DNA of 64,000 nt from NCBI GenBank assembly GCA_021791445.1, contig JAJYWO010000010.1, positions 1,304 through 65,303 of the forward strand, in the 5' to 3' direction. Within the stretch, counting starts at the first letter, position 1. Every line of letters starts with the position of its first letter. The notes beneath the pieces are model-generated. The model had not been told where the DNA came from, did no database searches, and worked only from the letters and a program-made list of their open reading frames with translations. The position numbers were made by a program, and so were the translations under genes. Source of the stretch: a bacterium. GTDB taxonomy: Bacteria > Patescibacteriota > Minisyncoccia > UBA6257 > UBA9933. This document shows positions 49,609 to 57,641 of the stretch, piece by piece.

Positions 49609-49681
49609 TATTTCTCACCTCCTTTCTATTTGAATTTTCTAATAAAAATATTAACATTATTTTTTGATTTATACAATAACC

Positions 49682-49906
49682 CTATTTTTTAAGATCTTCA
49701 AATAATTTAGTATTTTTTGGATTATTCAGATAATGTTTAAAATGTTTTATTTCGTCGACTAAAATCTTTTCAAATTTACTTATCCAGATTTTATTAAAAC
49801 GCGGTTGAAATATTTCAAAAATTTTTTTAAATTCGTCTTTTTTGACAAGTCCTTCCAATTCGTTCCAAGCTTCTTTTTCCGGATATGTAAAAAATATCTG
49901 TCCCAA
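49682..49906 (-). pseudogene. Probable gene fragment (helical, Lys-rich)
   Basis: 74-aa protein-like ORF overlapping the 5' end of the opposite-strand HExxH-2 ORF; no clear start signals. Confidence 0.4.
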
Positions 49907-50618
49907 ATATTTTGACTATTGTGATGATGGCAGGAATTTGGAATGGGCGATTTTGAGAAAATATCCGGAATTTAAAAAATATAAAAGAAATAAATTAGAT
50001 GTCAATGAAAAGCAAATTTCAATATTTGTAAATTCTATTTATCAAAAGAACAATAAAATAATCAGAAAAAATCTTGATTTATATAAAAAAAGTTGGGCGA
50101 AACTGGGGAAAGACTATTTTGTTTTAGTTAGCCAGATTTTCGGCGATTATAAATGGCCATTAGGAAAATATATTGTTTATCTGACAATTTGGGGGATGCA
50201 CCCGCGTTTTTTAGAAGATAAAACTTTTCAAATCCCTTTTCGCCATAAGAATGAAAAATATATAAATGTGATTATTGCCCACGAAATGCTTCATTTTATA
50301 TTTTATGATTATTTTTATAATAAATTTCCCCAATATAAATCAAACAAATACAATTTTTTCGTATGGAACATATCGGAAATTTTTAACAATATAGCGCAGG
50401 ATTCTCCGCAATGGATTAAAATTTTTAAAGCTAAATCTATGCCTTATCCGGAACATAAAAAAATAGTGAATAAATTAAAGAAAAAATTTTATAAAAAAAG
50501 CGTTATTATAGCTAAAGATTTAATAAAAGAAATTATAAAAAATAAAGATTTTTTACCAATTTTCGCGGGCTTGACTTTTGGGGTGAGATATGCTTATATA
50601 AATATAATTAAGGGATAG
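49842..50618 (+). CDS. HExxH-motif protein 2 (possibly 5'-truncated)
   Basis: AILRKYPEF, HPRFLEDKTF, IAHEMLHFIF, ISE; visibly similar to HExxH-3; its C-terminus reads into the repeated promoter. Confidence 0.7.
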   Translation: MTSPSNSFQASFSGYVKNICPKYFDYCDDGRNLEWAILRKYPEFKKYKRNKLDVNEKQISIFVNSIYQKNNKIIRKNLDLYKKSWAKLGKDYFVLVSQIFGDYKWPLGKYIVYLTIWGMHPRFLEDKTFQIPFRHKNEKYINVIIAHEMLHFIFYDYFYNKFPQYKSNKYNFFVWNISEIFNNIAQDSPQWIKIFKAKSMPYPEHKKIVNKLKKKFYKKSVIIAKDLIKEIIKNKDFLPIFAGLTFGVRYAYINIIKG

Positions 50619-50691
50619 TTCTTAAAAACAAACAGCGGTTTTCAGCCGCTGAAAAATAAGATAGAAAAATTTAGAAATGAGGAGGTAAATC
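50564..50691 (+). promoter_or_regulatory. Repeated promoter-leader cassette, copy 2
   Basis: First about 43 nt identical to copy 1; GTTCTTAAAAAC, hairpin CAGCGG/CCGCTG, GAGGAGGT SD. Confidence 0.85.
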
Positions 50692-51999
50692 ATGTTATAT
50701 CAGACACTTTCGGCACCAATAAATTGCCAGATAGAGCTTACGACTTCTTGTAGTCATAATTGTTCTCATTGCTATAATTTCTGGCGGAAGGATATTGAAA
50801 GAGTCAATAATTTTCTTAAAGAAACAGATGTTAGTAAAATTATACGGAAAATAGCGGACGCAAAAGTATTTGATATCATAATTACCGGCGGTGAGCCGTT
50901 AATAAAATATGATATTCTCATACATTGTATTAAGGAGGCGCGAAGCGCAGGATTGGGCATTTCTTTGAATTCAAATTTAGTTTCGTTAACCAGGGCTCGC
51001 GCGCGCGAATTGCGTTCTTTGGGTATAAAACAAATACTCACGTCTTTAATGGGTCCATCAGCGGAAATACATGATAAAATTGCCCAATCAAAAGGGTCAT
51101 TTGAAAGAGTTGTGAGAAATATACAATTAGCCAATGAAGAAAAGATTAATATTGTCGCCAATATGGTAGTTTCAAAAATTAATCTTTCTTTTGTTAGGGA
51201 CACGGCAAAGTTTGTTTCTTCTATTGGAATTAAGAAGTTTGCGGCTACCAAAGCGGGATGTCCGGGAAATTGTTTCGATTTCTCGCAATTCTCATTATCA
51301 AAAGAAGAATTTAAGAAATATTTACAAGATTTACAAGAAGTTGGCGAAGAGCTCGGTATTGCAATTGATGCGCTTGAGGGATATCCATTGTGTGGAATCG
51401 GCGACCTTAATCGTTATTATTCATTTATTGGAAGGAAATGTTATGCTGGCGTAACTACGATAACTATTGCCAGCGATGGCGAAGTTAGACCATGTTCCCA
51501 TCTTGATGTTTCGTATGGAAATTTACTTACAAAAGATTTGGCGGAGATTTGGACACGCATGGCTCCATGGAGAAATGGCGCATACTTACCAAATACTTGT
51601 AAAAGTTGTAAAATTTTACATGTGTGCGGTGGCGGTTGTCGTATGGAGGCGAAGATGCGCAGCGGGAATATTTCAGGAATGGATCCGTACAGTATGCCCA
51701 ACGATATTGAAAAGAGTTTATATTCACTTCAAGAACATCAGAAAAATATGTTTTATAAGGCGCCATTGAAAAATTTTGAAATAAGGCCTTATCGCTATCG
51801 ACATGAATCTTTTGGAGCCGTTGTTCTTGTGGGGAAATCTCGAGCATTTCTAAGTGCAACCGGTCTTAAACTCTTTAAGCAGTTTGAAATATCGTCTACG
51901 TATTCATTACAAGACGAAAGAATTCAGTGGGGCGCTTTGAATCCGGTCGATTTTATTCGCGGCCTTATTCAAAGAGGAATCGCTGTTGGAAAACAGTGA
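50692..51999 (+). CDS. Radical SAM/SPASM-domain protein with C-terminal RRE-like extension (rSAM-2)
   Basis: CSHNCSHC, TGGEP, CYAG...DGEVRPC...CKSCKILHVCGGGC, then YRHESFGAVV...FIRGLIQRGI. Confidence 0.93.
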   Translation: MLYQTLSAPINCQIELTTSCSHNCSHCYNFWRKDIERVNNFLKETDVSKIIRKIADAKVFDIIITGGEPLIKYDILIHCIKEARSAGLGISLNSNLVSLTRARARELRSLGIKQILTSLMGPSAEIHDKIAQSKGSFERVVRNIQLANEEKINIVANMVVSKINLSFVRDTAKFVSSIGIKKFAATKAGCPGNCFDFSQFSLSKEEFKKYLQDLQEVGEELGIAIDALEGYPLCGIGDLNRYYSFIGRKCYAGVTTITIASDGEVRPCSHLDVSYGNLLTKDLAEIWTRMAPWRNGAYLPNTCKSCKILHVCGGGCRMEAKMRSGNISGMDPYSMPNDIEKSLYSLQEHQKNMFYKAPLKNFEIRPYRYRHESFGAVVLVGKSRAFLSATGLKLFKQFEISSTYSLQDERIQWGALNPVDFIRGLIQRGIAVGKQ

Positions 52000-52033
52000 T
52001 TATGTAAAAATATCTCAAAAGGAGGTAATCGCT

Positions 52034-52162
52034 ATGCCAAAAGATGACGGTTTTGTTTCATTCGTTCAAATAGAAAAAAACCAAACAGAAAATCTTACGG
52101 CTGTTCAAAACTGCGACTGTTATGATTGCGACTACAACTGCGAAGAGTGCGATAGCAAATGA
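52034..52162 (+). CDS. Putative RiPP precursor peptide B (42 aa, Cys/Asp-rich)
   Basis: Not in ORF track. AAGGAGGT SD; MPKDDGFVSFVQIEKNQTENLTAVQNCDCYDCDYNCEECDSK; starts 34 nt after rSAM-2 and is followed by a terminator. Confidence 0.85.
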   Translation: MPKDDGFVSFVQIEKNQTENLTAVQNCDCYDCDYNCEECDSK

Positions 52163-52183
52163 TCATAGATCATTTGTTGATCT

Positions 52184-52217
52184 CAAAGAGATAAAGGATT
52201 TCCTTTATCTCTTTTTT
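52184..52217. terminator. Bidirectional terminator
   Basis: AAAGAGATAAAGGA-tt-TCCTTTATCTCTTT. Confidence 0.7.
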
Positions 52218-53080
52218 ATTTGGATCGGTTTTTGATATTTAAGTAGAATATGCGGTTTTTTATATAATTGATTTCCATAGCGGTTCCAAACGGCGCGTTT
52301 TTTTGAAAAATCTTTATTAATTGGCAAAAGAATATTTAATATTTCTTGCAGGAAAGTTTTAAAAGTTTTTTTATTTTTTATTTTTATAATTTGATAATAT
52401 TCATTAATAAATTCAGTAAAAGAAATAATTACGCCATCGGACTTTTTAATTTGCAGGTCGCGAATTTCCGGATTGCCTTGATAATTTTTTAATTTAAGAA
52501 TTTTATTAAGAGGTTTTTGGTTAAGCAATACGGCGGTCAAAGTTTCTTTAAAATAGTTTTTAAAATCTTCTGGGACTTTTTTTCGTTTCAATTTTTTAAG
52601 AAAATTAAAAAGAATGAAATGCGATATTTCATGGATAGCAATAAAAAGAATATCTCTGCCACCTTTTCTTTTTATCTGTTCAAGAATTGAAAAATAAAAA
52701 ACATTGTTGCCAAAAGGAGAAAATGGAAGAATTGTCGGCATGGCTGTGTAGTCGGGGTGATTTTTTGGCCATTGATAATCCATTAATTTCGCCAATTTGA
52801 TGAGCGCTTTTTTTTCTTTTTCTTTTAATATTTTTTTCGATTGAACAATAATTTTTTTGATTTTTTTATCGTTTTTTTTATAAAAATCTTTAATGAATTC
52901 TTTTATAATAGTTTTTTCTTTATTTTTATTTTTCTCTGTTTTTAACAAAATTTCCAATTCGGGAAAGGATTTAAAAATAATAAATTTATGTTGAGGATAA
53001 TAATGATGGTGTAAAAATTTTAAAAATAGATCAACTTCTTTATTTAAGTCATATGTAATTTTAATAGAAGGAATTTTCAT
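52205..53080 (-). CDS. HExxH-motif protein 3 (zincin-like)
   Basis: IFKSFPEL, PFSPF, AIHEISHFIL, FKETLTAVLLN. Confidence 0.8.
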   Translation of the reverse strand: MKIPSIKITYDLNKEVDLFLKFLHHHYYPQHKFIIFKSFPELEILLKTEKNKNKEKTIIKEFIKDFYKKNDKKIKKIIVQSKKILKEKEKKALIKLAKLMDYQWPKNHPDYTAMPTILPFSPFGNNVFYFSILEQIKRKGGRDILFIAIHEISHFILFNFLKKLKRKKVPEDFKNYFKETLTAVLLNQKPLNKILKLKNYQGNPEIRDLQIKKSDGVIISFTEFINEYYQIIKIKNKKTFKTFLQEILNILLPINKDFSKKRAVWNRYGNQLYKKPHILLKYQKPIQIKKR

Positions 53081-53120
53081 GTTAAAATTTTATCAAATTT
53101 CCTTTATTTTATCCAATTTT

Positions 53121-53255
53121 CGCGGACTTGACTTTTGGGGCGAGATATGCTTATATAAATACAATTTAAGCAAGGGGTTGGACTTTGAAAAACATCCGCC
53201 ATGGGCGGATAAAATGATAGATAGAAAAAATTCAGAAAAATAGGAGGATAAGGAG
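53121..53255 (+). promoter_or_regulatory. Repeated promoter-leader cassette, copy 3
   Basis: Alignable with copy 1 over the whole length up to GGAGGATAAGGAG-ATG. Confidence 0.85.
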
Positions 53256-53747
53256 ATGACGAAGAATATTATAGGATTTCTGTTAGTTTTCTGCATTTTC
53301 GCCATTGGCGCAAATTTAATGGCGGAAGAGGATTATGGTAATGTTGGCCCGACGTTAAAGGATTTCATTATTGCTAAAGAAGGAGATAATTTGAGGCTCA
53401 GCTTCTCTTTCTTTAACGTCAAAGGCGGGTTGGCTGCAGCCACTTTCACAGTTGGTTATGTTATTGAAAGGGGTGAGTCGACCATAGAGTCAAATGTGAT
53501 GACCAATCTCGGAATTGCTCCGGATTTGGCGAAGGTGTCTAAATTAAAGTCAAAAATAGACATTTTCCAAATTGAAACCGGTGAATTTCAAGTTGTCATT
53601 CCGTGGCTCCGGGCCCAGAGTATCAAAGATTTGGAGTTAAAATCAGGCGATAAGATTAAATATCTTATCTACTTGACGGATAAGAACGGCAGAAAATCAA
53701 ACACCGTCTTCTGTGAATATTTATTCATAGAAGAATGGAACATTTAA
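53256..53747 (+). CDS. Secreted hypothetical protein
   Basis: Signal peptide, beta-rich body, strong SD. Confidence 0.75.
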   Translation: MTKNIIGFLLVFCIFAIGANLMAEEDYGNVGPTLKDFIIAKEGDNLRLSFSFFNVKGGLAAATFTVGYVIERGESTIESNVMTNLGIAPDLAKVSKLKSKIDIFQIETGEFQVVIPWLRAQSIKDLELKSGDKIKYLIYLTDKNGRKSNTVFCEYLFIEEWNI

Positions 53748-53769
53748 CCAAAAAAACAGGAGAATTGAA

Positions 53770-54297
53770 ATGAGAAAGATAATGATGGTAGGAATGCTGC
53801 TGGTATTTGCAATGCTGGCAGTGGGATGCGCGGGGATGATGGGGGAAAGCGGCATAAGGAATAAAATGATAAATATCACTAACGTTGATAGTGCCAATAA
53901 TAATGTGATATACTACTCACCAATTCTCTATGATAATGGTTTTACTCGTTGGAACGTTGTTACCAATGAACGCCTTAAAAACCCGGGTAAATATCATTTA
54001 GAGTTTAAAAAAATTCTTGTAAAAGAGATAGAAAGGGTTTTTAAAGAAAGGGGGTATGCTCTGGTTGAAAAAAATCCTCCCTCAAATTCTAATTCAATCT
54101 ATATTGAATTAAGAATCTCTTTATGGGGGAAAGAATCTCATCCCAGAGGAGTTAGTGGCACAAGATGGTTAGTCTATCAAGGAGACAAGCTCGCTTTTGA
54201 AATTTATTACTGGACATTCGGCACCTACGATGAAATGGCAAAAATTCTTGCAAATAAAGCGACGGACAGTCTTCTCGATGAAATAAAGAGAAAATAA
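53770..54297 (+). CDS. Predicted lipoprotein
   Basis: Signal peptide with lipobox LAVGC; CAGGAG SD; terminator at 54308-54345. Confidence 0.75.
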   Translation: MRKIMMVGMLLVFAMLAVGCAGMMGESGIRNKMINITNVDSANNNVIYYSPILYDNGFTRWNVVTNERLKNPGKYHLEFKKILVKEIERVFKERGYALVEKNPPSNSNSIYIELRISLWGKESHPRGVSGTRWLVYQGDKLAFEIYYWTFGTYDEMAKILANKATDSLLDEIKRK

Positions 54298-54407
54298 TTA
54301 TCTTGTTCAGGCCCCATTAAATATCAAAGATTGGGGCCTGTTTTATTATTTTAGTTATCCACAGGCATTGTCTTGTAATAAATTTTTAATTTGTTAAAAT
54401 TATAATA

Positions 54408-55607
54408 ATGAAATTTTTTAATAATAAATTCTTTATTTCTTTTTTGATTTTAATGGTCTTGTTTTATAGTTTTTCAGTTAAAACTGCCGAGGCAAAAGGT
54501 GTAGCTACGTTTGTTGGTATTATTTTAATAGTTGTTGCTATTGTGGTATTCCCAGTTATAGCGGTTGGACTTTCACAGGGATTAGCTTTATCAACTGCTG
54601 GTATAATAACCGCAAGTGTTATTGGGGGTGGACTTATACTTGGTCAAATTGCTTGTCTTGCGGGCACAGACAATCCTGCATTTACTGGTTGTAGTGGCGA
54701 TAATTCCAACTGGCAAGGCGCCGCCGGCTCCCCAACTCTTCAAAACCAATCAGCAACTCCAATAATGAGTTCGGACGGAAACTGCATAACGGGATATACT
54801 CTTTCATATAGCGTCACAGACGCCTATCAATACGGAATATATAGAGACGGCAATCTGATAAAACAAGGAACATTGAATACCATTGTCCAACCATCTCCGT
54901 ATAACACCAGTTTTTCATACACGGATAATAATCTTACTCCAAATAAGGATATAAAATATAAACTCATCTTAATCGACAAAAACGGTAAACAATATCAGTA
55001 TCCGGAAATGAGTGTGTATACCGAATGCATCAAGCTGGATTTGAAAATGGATAACAAAGACGGAGCAAGAAATTATTTTTATCCTAACAATAATGCCGCT
55101 CTCCAATGGGAAACAATCGCCGCCACATCCTGTACGGCTTCCGGAGATTGGAGCGGAAGCAGGGGTCCGGCTTCGGGTTCGGAAGATTTGGGCTATCTTC
55201 CCAGAGGAACATCTAATCCCGGCCAAGGAAAAACATACAATTATTCCCTCACTTGCCAATACCCAAAGGATAAAACCCTTTCTGACAGCGTTTCCGTAAC
55301 CATATTCAAATATCCTGATTGTACTTTTACGGCCAACCCGGATGTCATAGAAATCTTGCCCGCCACATCCACTTTATCCTGGAATTGCCGGTATTTGGGC
55401 GCTCCCACTCAATCTTCGGTTAATTCTTGTTCCATAGACCAAGGCATAGGTAATCTGACTCAGCTTCCCGATGGCTCAATGGATGTCCGTCCCTCCCAGG
55501 AAACCACTTACACCATGACTTGCGATTCCATTGATAAAATCACAGATTATCAGGCTTCCGTAAAAGTGGGTTTCAGGCCCAGAGTGAGGGAGATTATTCC
55601 GAGATAA
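54408..55607 (+). CDS. Cell-surface protein with TM hairpin and Cys-containing Ig/PKD-like repeats
   Basis: SCTASGDWSG, YNYSLTC, STLSWNC, CSIDQGIG, TYTMTC. Confidence 0.75.
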   Translation: MKFFNNKFFISFLILMVLFYSFSVKTAEAKGVATFVGIILIVVAIVVFPVIAVGLSQGLALSTAGIITASVIGGGLILGQIACLAGTDNPAFTGCSGDNSNWQGAAGSPTLQNQSATPIMSSDGNCITGYTLSYSVTDAYQYGIYRDGNLIKQGTLNTIVQPSPYNTSFSYTDNNLTPNKDIKYKLILIDKNGKQYQYPEMSVYTECIKLDLKMDNKDGARNYFYPNNNAALQWETIAATSCTASGDWSGSRGPASGSEDLGYLPRGTSNPGQGKTYNYSLTCQYPKDKTLSDSVSVTIFKYPDCTFTANPDVIEILPATSTLSWNCRYLGAPTQSSVNSCSIDQGIGNLTQLPDGSMDVRPSQETTYTMTCDSIDKITDYQASVKVGFRPRVREIIPR

Positions 55608-55632
55608 AAGGTCGTAATTTTCAGATAAATTT

Positions 55633-55953
55633 ATGGATAATATGACAAACAATCAAATAGATATGGTTTGCCCTGACAAATTCAAACTCGGCAAGAAGTG
55701 GTTTTGGATCGGAATTATAATTTCCATTTTCAACATTGTTGGCGGTTTAGTTTACGGCATTGTTCTGCTTTTGGAAAAAAACCACAGAAAAGAGGGGATT
55801 ATCATCATCGCTTGGGCTATTATTTGGACCTTGTTCAGTTTTTTTGTAATCGGTCCTTATTTGGTCAAATCCGGCTTATTGCCTCAATTTCAAATAGCCC
55901 AACCCGCTCCTTCCATCCAGCAAGTTGAGCTTCCTCAGCAGATTTCGCAATAA
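55633..55953 (+). CDS. Small membrane protein
   Basis: 2-3 TM helices; overlaps the speE start (TAATG). Confidence 0.7.
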   Translation: MDNMTNNQIDMVCPDKFKLGKKWFWIGIIISIFNIVGGLVYGIVLLLEKNHRKEGIIIIAWAIIWTLFSFFVIGPYLVKSGLLPQFQIAQPAPSIQQVELPQQISQ

Positions 55954-57599
55954 TGTTTTTCATCAATCTTTCTGTTTTATTGAGCGCGGCTGCCGCCATT
56001 TCCTTTGAGATAATCGGCGGCAGCGTTTTGACGGTGCTTTTGGGCTCGTCAATTTATTATTTCTCGCTGGTTATCGGCGTTTTTTTGGCGGCTTTGGGAA
56101 TAGGCGGCTGGCTGTCCGCGAAACTGGAAAATAAGCTTGAAGAAAAATCAGCGCTCATTGCCGGATTTTTGTCTTTAATCGGCGGTAGCGCGGCTTTTGT
56201 TATTTTCGGCGGCTATGTTCTGGTTTTTGAAATTTTAAGGGGAATGGATTTTAATAATATATTCGGGTTTTTGGTTGGAGTAAGTTTTGGGCAATTATTT
56301 TTCAGTTTTTTCGCCTTGGCTTTCCTTTTTATTATCGGCGTTTTGGCGGGGCTTCTTTTGCCGCTTTTTTCTCGCACTGTTGCCGCGCGAACGGCGCTGA
56401 AAGACGCGCTGGGGAAAGTTTTTTTCTGGGATTACGTCGGCGCTTTGTTTGTTTCCGTGCTTTTGCCAATTTTATTTTTCCCCGCTCTCGGATTAATTAG
56501 AACTTCTTTTTTAATGGGATTGATGAGCGTGCTGGCCGCTTTGGCAATGGCAGTTTTTATGCGAAGAGAAAAAATAAAGTTGAGGCCAATTTTATTTTTG
56601 GTCTTAATTGCGGCTTTTATTGTGAATTTTGTCGGTTTTTTCAACGCCAATAAGATTGAAAATTTCTTGGAGAAAAAACAATATGGCGACCGCCAGATTC
56701 TTTATCGCGGCCAGTCGCCTTATCAAAAATTCGTTTTTCTTAAAGACGATAAAAGCGGAAAAATCAGCTTATACATCAATGGTCAGCGGCAATTTGAATC
56801 CGGCGAATGGGACGAGACTTATCATAAAACATTCGTCCGTCCGGCAATGGCGCTGAAACAATCAGCGCCAAATTTAAATGTTTTGGTTTTGGGCGGCGGC
56901 GACGGCTTGGCTTTGCGGGAAATTTTTAAATACGAAAATGTTTCAAAAGCGACTTTGGTGGATATTGATTCTTCGCTGGTGACGGCAGCAAAAAATCTGG
57001 AAGAAATGAAAGCGCTGAATGAAAATGCTTTCATTGATTCGCGGGTTGAAGTTGTTTTTAATGATGCTTTTAAATTCATTGAGGAAGATGCGGCAAAGTA
57101 TGATGTTGTTTTTATTGATTTTCCGGATCCCACGGACGACGGCTTGGCGAGATTGTATTCAAAAGAATTTTATTTGAATTTGAAAAAAGTTTTACAACCG
57201 GACGGAATCGTTGTTGTTCAAAGCGGCGGCTATATGATTGCGAGCCATAAAACAATTTTGCTGACAATGGAGGCGGTTGGGTTTAATGTTTTGGCTTTTC
57301 ATCCGATCAAATATGACATTCTTGACCAGAATTTCGGTTTTACTTTGGCGAGTAACGGCATTGTTTCGCCGAATGATTTGCCGCTTGGATTGAGAGATAT
57401 TTTTGCGGCCGCGCCGGTTCCCAAACAGAAATCGCCGGAAGAAATTAATTCCATTTTTCGGCCCGTAATCGTAAAAAACGTGGAAGGTGGGTTTATTGAA
57501 AACTATCTTCAATCTTTGCCAATGGAAAAAATCTTGGCGCAAATCAATCTCCCGCCCGAAAAAATCCGCGAAGAGTTCAAGAGAATGTTTTACGAGTAG
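55953..57599 (+). CDS. speE: Membrane-bound polyamine aminopropyltransferase (spermidine synthase family)
   Basis: 7 TM N-terminus; QSPYQ, VLVLGGGDGLALRE, LVDID, DAFKF, IDFPDP, LYSKEFY. Confidence 0.9.
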   Translation: MFFINLSVLLSAAAAISFEIIGGSVLTVLLGSSIYYFSLVIGVFLAALGIGGWLSAKLENKLEEKSALIAGFLSLIGGSAAFVIFGGYVLVFEILRGMDFNNIFGFLVGVSFGQLFFSFFALAFLFIIGVLAGLLLPLFSRTVAARTALKDALGKVFFWDYVGALFVSVLLPILFFPALGLIRTSFLMGLMSVLAALAMAVFMRREKIKLRPILFLVLIAAFIVNFVGFFNANKIENFLEKKQYGDRQILYRGQSPYQKFVFLKDDKSGKISLYINGQRQFESGEWDETYHKTFVRPAMALKQSAPNLNVLVLGGGDGLALREIFKYENVSKATLVDIDSSLVTAAKNLEEMKALNENAFIDSRVEVVFNDAFKFIEEDAAKYDVVFIDFPDPTDDGLARLYSKEFYLNLKKVLQPDGIVVVQSGGYMIASHKTILLTMEAVGFNVLAFHPIKYDILDQNFGFTLASNGIVSPNDLPLGLRDIFAAAPVPKQKSPEEINSIFRPVIVKNVEGGFIENYLQSLPMEKILAQINLPPEKIREEFKRMFYE

Positions 57600-57601
57600 T
57601 T

Positions 57602-57637
57602 TTGCGACACTTCGTGCGGCCGCACGAAGTGTCGCAA
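57602..57637. repeat. Perfect 36-bp palindrome
   Basis: TTGCGACACTTCGTGCGG|CCGCACGAAGTGTCGCAA between convergent speE and lnt. Confidence 0.9.
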
Positions 57638-57641
57638 TTTA

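Noticed and set aside
49411-49692. 93-aa plus-strand ORF
   Set aside because: Starts in a terminator hairpin with no SD; the opposite strand has promoter, SD and the Cys-rich peptide
47601-51999. rSAM enzymes as PqqE, MftC, anSME or heme/cofactor maturases
   Set aside because: No pqq, mft, sulfatase or nir/ahb genes nearby and the peptides lack PqqA (ExxxY) or MftA (IDGxCGVY) cores; not fully excluded without phylogeny
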